This document shows positions 9,298 to 16,523 of a stretch of DNA of 18,851 nucleotides, one piece after another. The translations under genes were made by a program, and so were the position numbers. This DNA is from an uncultured delta proteobacterium (GTDB taxonomy: Bacteria; Myxococcota_A; Polyangia; Palsa-1104). Every line of letters begins with the position of its first letter. Position 1 is the stretch's first letter. The stretch covers positions 1-18,851 of the forward strand of contig CAWAWS010000028.1 in assembly GCA_963785725.1 (NCBI GenBank). The letters are read 5' to 3'. A model generated the notes under the pieces. The model was not told the DNA's origin. It did not search any database and saw nothing but the letters and a program-made list of their open reading frames with translations.

Positions 9298-11145
9298 GTG
9301 TGGAGGAGTTGGCGCCTGCCCAAGAAGCGTTCCGATCTCGACCGCACGCCTCCGCATGAGGAGGTGCGCGACAAAGGGGGCCCCCCGTTGCCGGAACCGC
9401 CGCGCGCGCAGGTCTCTCGTGTCGACACGCTGCCCGAGGCGTTGGTCAAGCTGATCACGTCGCGGCCGCTGTTCGTCGGCGACGTGATCGCCGGACGCTA
9501 CAAGCTCATGCAGACGCTGGGCGACGGCGCGATGGGGCAAGTCTTCGTCGCCGAGAACCTCGCCATCGGTCAGAAAGTCGCGCTCAAGCTGCTCAAGACC
9601 GAGCTGCTCGCCGACGCGACGTTCCGCATGCGCTTTCAGCAGGAGGCCGAGGCGATCGCAGCCGTCGAGCATCGCAACGTGGCCCGCTTCCTCGATCTCG
9701 TGGTCGGCGATCCGACGTTCATCGTCATGGAGTACGTGCGCGGGCAGACGCTGGCGCAGGTCATCCGCGAGAAGAAGCGCATCCCGGCGCTGGACGCGAT
9801 GTACATCGCCGAGCGGCTGTGTTGGGCGCTCGATGCGGCGCACCAGCGCGGCGTCGTGCATCGCGACATCAAGCCGTCGAACGTCATCTTGTGCCCGGAC
9901 TCCGAGAACGAGATCGAGCCAAAGCTCATCGACTTCGGGCTGGCGAAGGTGGCGGCGGCGACGAACGAGAAGGGGCTGACGCGAACCGGGCAGATCGTCG
10001 GCACGCCCGATTACATGTCGCCCGAGCAGATCGCGAACAAAGAAGTCGACGCGCGCTCGGACGTCTACTCGCTCGGCTGCCTGATGTTCGAGATGTGCGT
10101 CGGCCATCCGCCGTTCACCGGCGGCGACGACGTGCAGGTCCTTTATCAGCAGCTGCAGGTCAAGCCGGACAAAGTCGAAGATCACGTCCCCGACGCGCCG
10201 CCGGAAGTCGACAAGGTGCTGGCCAAGGCGCTGGCGAAGGAGCCGAGCGCGCGCTTTCAGTCGATGCGCGAGATGGCCGAGGCGCTGTCGCGGGCGCGGC
10301 GACGGGTCTATCGCAGCATCACGGGCGAGATGACGGCCGACATTCCGCGCTCGACGCAGCGGGTGCCGGCGGCGCTCGCCAGTCGGTGGACGGCGCGCAT
10401 CAGCTGGCCGCTCGTGGCGCTGCTCGTCGCCATCGTCGGCGGCGGCGCCGGCTTTTTGTTTTCGCGCCTGACGAAGCCGGCGCCGGTGGCCGCGCCCGTC
10501 GGTGGCGGCATCCTCGTCGTCACGCGGCCGGCGGGCGCCAGCATCGACATCGACGGCACGCCGTTCGGCGAAGCGTCACCGACGATGGTGCCGAATTTGG
10601 GGCCGGGCGCGCACACGATCAAGCTGCGCAAGGGCAAGCTCGGCGTCGTCGAGCGGCAGGTGACGTTGGCGGCGGGCGAGCACGCGGTCGTCAACGTCGT
10701 GTTGCCGCCGGCGAGCCACAAGGTCGAGGTGCGCTCGGTGCCCGAAGGCGCGACGGTCTATCTCGACGATCGCGTGGCCGTGGGCGAGACGCCGACGACG
10801 ATCGAAGTGACCGACGACGAGTTCCACGAGCTCAAGGTGGTCAAGGTCGGCTACGAGACGGGGACGCGCGCGCTGACGCCGGACGATCACGATCCGGTGT
10901 TGACGATGGCGCTGCCGGCCGAGCGCCAGCCGCGCGGCACGCTGCTCGTCGACGCCAACACCGCCGCCGAAGTGTGGATGGACGGCGTCGATACCGGTTA
11001 CACGACGCCGACCTTGGGCATTCACGTGCCGCTCGGCGAGCACATGGTCGAGGTGCGCGACGGCGCCGGCCATAAAGCGACCGCGAAAGTGCAGGTGCAG
11101 CAAGGTCAGACGATACGGCTGCTGTTGAGCCCGGGCGCGAAATGA
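9298..11145 (+). CDS. Membrane-anchored Hanks-type Ser/Thr protein kinase with about 3 extracytoplasmic PEGA-like repeats
   Basis: All core motifs are present: LGDGAMGQVF, VALK, HRDIKPSN, DFG, GTPDYMSPEQ and DVYSLG. A TM (WPLVALLVAIVGGGAGFLF) is followed by PEGA-like repeats (TRPAGASIDIDG, SVPEGATVYLDD, AEVWMDG...GEHMVEV). The exact start is uncertain. Confidence 0.93.
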   Translation: MWRSWRLPKKRSDLDRTPPHEEVRDKGGPPLPEPPRAQVSRVDTLPEALVKLITSRPLFVGDVIAGRYKLMQTLGDGAMGQVFVAENLAIGQKVALKLLKTELLADATFRMRFQQEAEAIAAVEHRNVARFLDLVVGDPTFIVMEYVRGQTLAQVIREKKRIPALDAMYIAERLCWALDAAHQRGVVHRDIKPSNVILCPDSENEIEPKLIDFGLAKVAAATNEKGLTRTGQIVGTPDYMSPEQIANKEVDARSDVYSLGCLMFEMCVGHPPFTGGDDVQVLYQQLQVKPDKVEDHVPDAPPEVDKVLAKALAKEPSARFQSMREMAEALSRARRRVYRSITGEMTADIPRSTQRVPAALASRWTARISWPLVALLVAIVGGGAGFLFSRLTKPAPVAAPVGGGILVVTRPAGASIDIDGTPFGEASPTMVPNLGPGAHTIKLRKGKLGVVERQVTLAAGEHAVVNVVLPPASHKVEVRSVPEGATVYLDDRVAVGETPTTIEVTDDEFHELKVVKVGYETGTRALTPDDHDPVLTMALPAERQPRGTLLVDANTAAEVWMDGVDTGYTTPTLGIHVPLGEHMVEVRDGAGHKATAKVQVQQGQTIRLLLSPGAK

Positions 11146-11155
11146 ACAGCGCGCG

Positions 11156-12157
11156 ATGAAGTCTGCGGCGCTCTGTCTCGTCGGCCTTCTGTCAGCAGCG
11201 AACGCAGGAGCCGAGCCGGTCACGCTGCGCATGGCGGCCATCGCGCCCGAAGGCACCGCTTGGGCGCGCGAGATCAAAGGCTTCGCGCGCGAAGTCGAGA
11301 GCAGCACCAACGGCGAAGTGAAGGTCAAGTGGTACCTGGGCGGCATCGCCGGGGACGAGGTCACCGAGCTGACGCGCATGCAGCACGGCCAGCTCGACGG
11401 CGCGGCGGGCGCGATCTTCTGTCAGCGGCTGGCGCCCTCCTTGCGCGTCGTGCGTCTGGTCGGGCTCTTTCAGTCGCGCGATGAAGTGGCCTACGTGCTC
11501 GGGCGCCTGAAGCCGCAGCTCGACGACGAGTTCCGCAAGGCCGGCTTCGCCAACTTGGGCGAAGGCATCTTCGGCATCGACATGCTGTTCTCGCGTAAGC
11601 CGGTGCGCTCGATGGCCGACTTGCGCGCCGGAAAGTGGTGGGTCTGGAACCTCGATCCGATCTGGCAGGCCATCCTGCCCATGCTGGGCGCCAAGATGGC
11701 CACGAGCTCGCTCGACGAGCTGAGCGGGCAATATCGCGCCGGCGTCTTCGACGGCTTCTTCGCCGTGCCGTCGGCGGCGCTGGCCTATCAGTGGTCGACG
11801 CAGGCGACGCACTTCGTCGACTTGAACGCCGCGGTCCTGCCGGCGTGCGCGGTCATCTCCAACAGCGCGTTCGATCCGCTGCCTGTCGACGCGCGGCAGA
11901 AGATCGCGGCGGCGGCGGCCAAGTTCATGAACCACTTCAACGCCATCAACGCGCAGCTCGACGAGCAGCTGGCCGACGGGCTGTTCGAGAAGCAAGGGCT
12001 GCTGAAGACGCCGCTGACCCCCGAGTTCCGCGCGGCGTTCATGGCGGCGACGAAGACGGCGCGCGAGCAGCTGAGCGAGAAGGACGTGCCGCACGCGCTC
12101 TTGAACGAAGTGGAAAAGATGCTGGCCGACTACCGCCATCACGAGCGAGGGCGATGA
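11156..12157 (+). CDS. dctP: TRAP-type periplasmic substrate-binding protein (DctP family, TatP-like), copy 1
   Basis: Signal peptide ending AGA-EP; motifs LRMAAIAPEGTAW, YLGGIAGDE, GQLDG, FSRKPVRSMADL and ALAYQW. Confidence 0.85.
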   Translation: MKSAALCLVGLLSAANAGAEPVTLRMAAIAPEGTAWAREIKGFAREVESSTNGEVKVKWYLGGIAGDEVTELTRMQHGQLDGAAGAIFCQRLAPSLRVVRLVGLFQSRDEVAYVLGRLKPQLDDEFRKAGFANLGEGIFGIDMLFSRKPVRSMADLRAGKWWVWNLDPIWQAILPMLGAKMATSSLDELSGQYRAGVFDGFFAVPSAALAYQWSTQATHFVDLNAAVLPACAVISNSAFDPLPVDARQKIAAAAAKFMNHFNAINAQLDEQLADGLFEKQGLLKTPLTPEFRAAFMAATKTAREQLSEKDVPHALLNEVEKMLADYRHHERGR

Positions 12158-13164
12158 CGCGCGCGGCCTGCGCCGTCGGCGTCGTGCTCATGTTGTGCGG
12201 CGGCGGCGCGCGCGCCGAGCCGGTGACGCTGCGGATGTCGTCGATCACGCCCGAAGGCACGGCCTGGGCGCGCGAGCTCAAGGCGTTCGCCCGCGAAGTG
12301 CAGTCGGAGACGCGCGACAACGTGCGCATCAAGTGGTACTTGGGCGGCATCGCCGGCGACGAGTTCGCGCAGCATGAGCGCGTGCAGCGCGATCAGCTCG
12401 ACGGCATCGTCTCGGGCGGCATGCTGTGCGAGAAGCTGGCGCCCTCCTTGCGCGCCGTGGCCATGGCCGGGCAGCTGCGCGATCGCGACGAGGCCGACTT
12501 CGTGGTCAATCGGCTGCGCTCGACGCTCGACGACGAGCTCTTGCAAGCGGGCTACATCAACCTGTCGGAATCGGGGATGGGCTTCAGCCTCGTGTTCTCG
12601 AAGACGCCCGTGCGCACGCTTGCCGATCTGCAGCGGCTGCATCCGTGGCTGTGGGCGCACGACGAATCGCTGGCGCGGCAGCTCGAGTTCCTCGGCATGC
12701 ACCCGGTGCCGCTGCCCATCGAGTCGGCCGGTCCGGCCTACGACGCGGGCAAGGTCGACGGCTTCATCGCCATTCCGTCGGCGGCGCTGGCGTTTCAATG
12801 GTCGACGCAGGCGCGCTACGTGACCGAGCTGCGCATCGGCTATCTCGTCGGCTGCATGCTGATCTCGCGGCGCGCCTGGGATCCGATCGGCCACGACGAT
12901 CGCGAGATCATGCGCACGGCGGCGGCGAAGATGCGCATGCGCATGGAGGATTCGATCCGGCAGATGGACACGAACCTCGTCAACGGGCTGTTCGCGAAAC
13001 AGGGCATGACGACGGTGCCGTTGTCGCGCGATCTGCAGACCGAGTTCGTGCAGCTGGCGCGGACGTCGCAAAAAGTCGTGCAACAAATGGTGCCGCCGGG
13101 CGTCCTCGAGCGCATGGCCGGCTGGCTCGCCGACTATCGACAACATCGTGCGCAGCGTCAGTAA
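12154..13164 (+). CDS. dctP: TRAP-type periplasmic substrate-binding protein (DctP family, TatP-like), copy 2
   Basis: The true start is ATG 12154 (ATGA overlap with the copy 1 stop), not 11635. Signal peptide ending ARA-EP; motifs TPEGTAW, GGIAGDE, DQLDG and ALAFQW. Confidence 0.85.
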   Translation: MTRAACAVGVVLMLCGGGARAEPVTLRMSSITPEGTAWARELKAFAREVQSETRDNVRIKWYLGGIAGDEFAQHERVQRDQLDGIVSGGMLCEKLAPSLRAVAMAGQLRDRDEADFVVNRLRSTLDDELLQAGYINLSESGMGFSLVFSKTPVRTLADLQRLHPWLWAHDESLARQLEFLGMHPVPLPIESAGPAYDAGKVDGFIAIPSAALAFQWSTQARYVTELRIGYLVGCMLISRRAWDPIGHDDREIMRTAAAKMRMRMEDSIRQMDTNLVNGLFAKQGMTTVPLSRDLQTEFVQLARTSQKVVQQMVPPGVLERMAGWLADYRQHRAQRQ

Positions 13165-14173
13165 TTGCGCAGCGGCGCTGATCGTGGCCGCGCTGTTGGC
13201 GCGCGTGGCGCACGCCGATCCCATCGTGCTGCGCTTCGGCACCGTCGCGCCCGAAGGCACGGCGTGGGCGCGCTTGGCCAAGAGCACGAGCCGCGCGGTC
13301 GCCGAAGCCACCGGCGGCCAAGTGACCGGCAAGTGGTACTTCAACGGCATCGCCGGCAACGAGCTGGAGATGGCGGCGCGCGTGCGCAAAGATCAGCTCG
13401 ACGGCATCGTCTCGGGCGGCATGTTGTGCCAGCGGCTGGCGCCGTCGATGCGCGTCCTGCGCGTCGTCGGCCTGTTTCAGACGCGCGACGAGTCGGGCTA
13501 CGTCGCCGGCCGCTTGAAGCCGGTGTTCGACGAGGAGTTCCGCAAGGCCGGCTTCGTCAACCTGGGCGAGGTCGGCATCGGTCCCGACCTCATCTTCTCG
13601 CGCGAGCCGATTCGATCGATGCAGGATCTGAAGAAGACGCGCTTTTGGATCTGGGATCTGGACGAGATGTTCGGCGCCGAGTGGCCGCTCATCGGCGCGC
13701 CCGTCGTCGCCACGCGGCTCGACGAAGCGTGGCGCGCCTACGATCATCACCTCGTCGACGGTTTTCTCGCGGTTCCCTCGGCGGCGCTGGCGTTTCAGTG
13801 GTCGACCGAAGCGCGCTACATGACCGACCTGCGCGTCTCGTTCCTGCGCAGCTGCATCCTCATCGCGACGCGCTCGTTCGACGCGCTGCCGCTCGAGGCG
13901 CAACAGGCGCTCTTGGCGTCGTCGGCCAAAGGCATGATGCAGCTCGAGGAGCTCGGCCGCAGCCAAGACGACGCGCTGCTCGGCGGCCTCTTCGCCAAGC
14001 AGGGCATCAAGCCGGTGCCGGTGTCGGAGTCGTTCCGCTCCGAGTTCTTCGCGACGGCGCTGGCGGCGCGCGATCAGCTGCCGCACGCGCTCGTCGATCC
14101 CAAGCTCCTGCAGCGTGTACTCTCGCTGTTGGCCGACTTTCGCGCCGAGCATCGCAACGCCGAAGGCAGATGA
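13148..14173 (+). CDS. dctP: TRAP-type periplasmic substrate-binding protein (DctP family, TatP-like), copy 3
   Basis: GTG start overlapping the end of copy 2; signal peptide ending AHA-DP; motifs APEGTAW, NGIAGNE, DQLDG and ALAFQW. Confidence 0.85.
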   Translation: MRSVSNCAAALIVAALLARVAHADPIVLRFGTVAPEGTAWARLAKSTSRAVAEATGGQVTGKWYFNGIAGNELEMAARVRKDQLDGIVSGGMLCQRLAPSMRVLRVVGLFQTRDESGYVAGRLKPVFDEEFRKAGFVNLGEVGIGPDLIFSREPIRSMQDLKKTRFWIWDLDEMFGAEWPLIGAPVVATRLDEAWRAYDHHLVDGFLAVPSAALAFQWSTEARYMTDLRVSFLRSCILIATRSFDALPLEAQQALLASSAKGMMQLEELGRSQDDALLGGLFAKQGIKPVPVSESFRSEFFATALAARDQLPHALVDPKLLQRVLSLLADFRAEHRNAEGR

Positions 14174-14206
14174 ACGCAGGTCGAGGGAAGGTTGAGGCAA
14201 GGACCC

Positions 14207-15235
14207 ATGAGCCACGCGCGCTTTGCCACCTGGGGTTCGCTCTCTGTGCTGCTCGGCGCCGCCGGCGCGGCCCACGCCGATCCGAGCGTGCTCTTGCGCT
14301 TCGCGTCCGAGGCGCCGCAAGGCACGGCGTGGGCGCGCGAAGGTCAGGCGCTCGAGCGGGACATCGCCGATCTGACCCACGGTCAAGTGCGCATCAAGTG
14401 GTACTTGGGCGGCATCGCCGGCGACGAGGCGCAGATGCTCGATCGCATGCGCCGCGACCAGCTCGACGGCGTCGCATCGGGCGGCATGATGTGCCAAAAG
14501 CTGGCGCCCTCGATGCGCGTGATGCGCATTCCCGGCCTGTTCCAAAATCGCGACGAATCGCAGTACGTCTCGGGACGGCTCAAAGACCAATTCGATCACG
14601 AGATGCTGCACAACGGCTTCGTCAACTTGGGCGAGCTCGGCATCGGTCCCGACGTCCTCTTCTCGCGCAAGCCCATCAGCGACTACGCGCAGCTGCGCGC
14701 CACCAACACCTGGATCTGGGATCTCGATGACGTCTACAAGTCGGCGTTGGTGACGATGGGCTTCAACGTGGTGCCGAGCTCGCTGCAAGGCGCCTATCGC
14801 ACGTTCGAGGACGGCAAGATCGACGCGTTTCTCGCGGTTCCGACGGCGGCGTTGGCCTATCAGTGGTCGGCCGAGACGCGCTTTTACAGCGATCTGCGGG
14901 TCAGCTTCTTGCGCGGCTGCCTCATCGTCACCAGCCGCGCGTTCGATCAGCTGCCGATCGAAGGTCAGCACGCCGTCAAGCAGGCGACCGCGCGCGTCAT
15001 CGTGCGGCTGGAAGAGGTCGGTCGCGAAGAGGACGACGCGCTCTTGGGCGGCCTCTTCGCCAAGCAGGGGCTGAAGCCCGTGCCGGTGTCGGAGAGCTTT
15101 CGCTCGGAGTTTTACGCGGCGGCGCGGGCGATGCGCGAGCAGCTCGGCGAGCGACTGGTGCCGGCGCCGCTGCTGCAGCGCGTGCTCGGCTTATTGGCCG
15201 ATTACCGCGCCGAGCGGCGCGCGCCCGGAAATTAG
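14207..15235 (+). CDS. dctP: TRAP-type periplasmic substrate-binding protein (DctP family, TatP-like), copy 4
   Basis: ATG 14207 follows AAGGA; signal peptide ending AHA-DP; motifs APQGTAW, GGIAGDE, DQLDG and ALAYQW. Confidence 0.85.
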   Translation: MSHARFATWGSLSVLLGAAGAAHADPSVLLRFASEAPQGTAWAREGQALERDIADLTHGQVRIKWYLGGIAGDEAQMLDRMRRDQLDGVASGGMMCQKLAPSMRVMRIPGLFQNRDESQYVSGRLKDQFDHEMLHNGFVNLGELGIGPDVLFSRKPISDYAQLRATNTWIWDLDDVYKSALVTMGFNVVPSSLQGAYRTFEDGKIDAFLAVPTAALAYQWSAETRFYSDLRVSFLRGCLIVTSRAFDQLPIEGQHAVKQATARVIVRLEEVGREEDDALLGGLFAKQGLKPVPVSESFRSEFYAAARAMREQLGERLVPAPLLQRVLGLLADYRAERRAPGN

Positions 15236-15250
15236 CCGCGACAGCGACGT

Positions 15251-15269
15251 CGGCGAACCGAGTTCGCCG
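15251..15269 (+). terminator. Stem-loop after the dctP array (possible terminator or mRNA 3' stabiliser)
   Basis: Perfect 8-bp stem CGGCGAAC-cga-GTTCGCCG, 15 bp after the copy 4 stop; no U-tract. Confidence 0.4.
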
Positions 15270-15299
15270 CACCGCGTCTCAGTCACCGTCGGCAGCACA

Positions 15300-15363
15300 A
15301 ACGTAAACGGAACGTAAAATAGGGCGGCGTCGCATTGACAGCGCGCCGATGCCGGCTAAAGAT
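15300..15363 (+). promoter_or_regulatory. Sigma70-type promoter with an upstream tandem direct repeat
   Basis: Perfect TTGACA at 15335-15340 and a weak -10 (TAAAGAT, 15357-15363) right before the riboswitch. AACGTAAA is repeated at 15300-15307 and 15311-15318. Confidence 0.6.
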
Positions 15364-15370
15364 CGTCCGC

Positions 15371-15493
15371 ACGCCGAATCCGCGCAGCGCGGAGCGGGGG
15401 AACCAAGTTACTGGGGCGAAGCGCAAACCTGCGCCGGGAGACCTCCCCTTCCGAGCCCGTCAGCTAACTCCGCAGGCGTCGACCATGGAGGTC
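15371..15493 (+). ncRNA. Cyclic di-AMP riboswitch (ydaO/yuaA class)
   Basis: Conserved blocks in the correct order: CGCCGAATCC, GGAGCGGGGGAACCA, TGGGGCGAA and CCGAGCCCGTCAGCTAACTCCGCAGGCG. P1 ACGCC (15371-75) pairs with GGCGT (15475-79). P2 is TCCGCG/CGCGGA. Pseudoknot GACCTCC (15440-46) pairs with GGAGGTC (15487-93). Confidence 0.92.
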
Positions 15494-15495
15494 AT

Positions 15496-15735
15496 ATGAA
15501 GCGGAAGGTGAGCAGTGACGAGCTGCTGCTGGCGGCCAGGCGGGCGCTGGCGTTCGCGTACGCAGCCATCGATCGGCCATCGCGCAAGCGGGTTCAGGAT
15601 GCGCGCAAGCGCGTCGTCGGGCTGTTGGCGGCCGTCGACCGCACGCTGTGCGGCGGCGAAATCGGCGAGCTCATCGCCGCGCTCGAGCGCGTGGCTGCAA
15701 CGCTCCTCGGCATCGAAGTCACCGCGCCGGCGTAA
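15496..15735 (+). CDS. Small (79 aa) helical hypothetical protein downstream of the c-di-AMP riboswitch
   Basis: ATG 15496 is preceded by a strong GGAGGT RBS. Sequence MKRKVSSDELLLAARRALAFAY...LLGIEVTAPA. The longer ORF-track start (15349) would translate the riboswitch. Confidence 0.75.
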   Translation: MKRKVSSDELLLAARRALAFAYAAIDRPSRKRVQDARKRVVGLLAAVDRTLCGGEIGELIAALERVAATLLGIEVTAPA

Positions 15736-15780
15736 GCCGGGCGAACCATCCCGTTAAGTCGAAGCGAAGACGACGCGCAC

Positions 15781-16134
15781 TCAAGGATGCGTCGCCTTCG
15801 CGATGACGCGCAACAGCTCCGAGAGGTCGACCGGCTTCGTCAGCACGCAGACGCTGTCGAGCGGCGCCCACTCCGGCGTCGCCGTCACGACGCACACGGG
15901 AATCGCCGACAGCTCGTGCTGCTCTTGCATCTTGCTGCGCACTTCCCAGCCGTCCATCACCGGCATCATCAAGTCGAGGATGACGAAGCACGGCTGATGC
16001 GCCTGCATCTGCGCCACCGCCTCCGCGCCGTTCTCGGCGGTGATCGTCGCGTAGCCCTCGCCTTCCAGGAGCGCGCACAACGACTCGCGAATATCGGGAT
16101 CGTCATCGACGACGAGAACTGGCTTGGCGGGCAC
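15781..16134 (-). CDS. Single-domain response regulator (CheY-like receiver)
   Basis: VLVVDDD, phospho-acceptor region ILDLMMPVMDG, VVTA and LTKP; no output domain. Confidence 0.93.
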   Translation of the reverse strand: MPAKPVLVVDDDPDIRESLCALLEGEGYATITAENGAEAVAQMQAHQPCFVILDLMMPVMDGWEVRSKMQEQHELSAIPVCVVTATPEWAPLDSVCVLTKPVDLSELLRVIAKATHP

Positions 16135-16166
16135 CCTTTTGTCCTAAGCACAAGTATGATGCCCCA

Positions 16167-16523
16167 ATGTTGATGACGGCGCGCGTTTTAACCGCAATCG
16201 TCGCCTTGGAACATTTCTGGTTCCTGGTGCTCGAGGTCTTCTTGTGGACCAAGCCGACCGGTCGCCGCACCTTCGGCACGACGGCCGAGTTCGCCGCGAC
16301 GACGGCGCCGATGATGAAGAACCAAGGCACGTACAACGGCTTCCTCGCCGCCGGCCTCGTGTGGGCGGTCGTCGCGCCGAGCCATCAGCTCGCCTTCTTC
16401 TTCCTCGGCTGCGTGCTCATCGCCGCCTGCGTCGGCGGCCTCACCGTCAAGCGCAGCGTGCTCTTCGTGCAAGGCACGCCCGCCGCGCTCGCCCTCGTCT
16501 CGTGGATCGTCTACGGCGGATGA
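16167..16523 (+). CDS. DUF1304 family small membrane protein
   Basis: The ALEHFWFLVLE..LW, NQGTYNGFLAAGL and FVQGTPA motifs are typical of DUF1304; about 4 TM segments. Confidence 0.85.
   Translation: MLMTARVLTAIVALEHFWFLVLEVFLWTKPTGRRTFGTTAEFAATTAPMMKNQGTYNGFLAAGLVWAVVAPSHQLAFFFLGCVLIAACVGGLTVKRSVLFVQGTPAALALVSWIVYGG

Noticed and set aside
11635..12153. N-terminal extension making dctP copy 2 a 509-aa protein
   Set aside because: It overlaps copy 1 out of frame; the signal peptide begins at ATG 12154.
12154..12220. Lipoprotein lipobox in dctP copy 2 (LMLC)
   Set aside because: It does not fit [LVI][ASTVI][GAS]C; an AxA signal peptidase I site (ARA-EP) matches the other copies.
15349..15495. 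N-terminal 49 aa of the 128-aa ORF
   Set aside because: It spans the promoter and riboswitch; the RBS supports ATG 15496.
16244..16519. N-terminal extension of the AI-2E transporter
   Set aside because: It overlaps the DUF1304 gene; family-like sequence starts at 16520.
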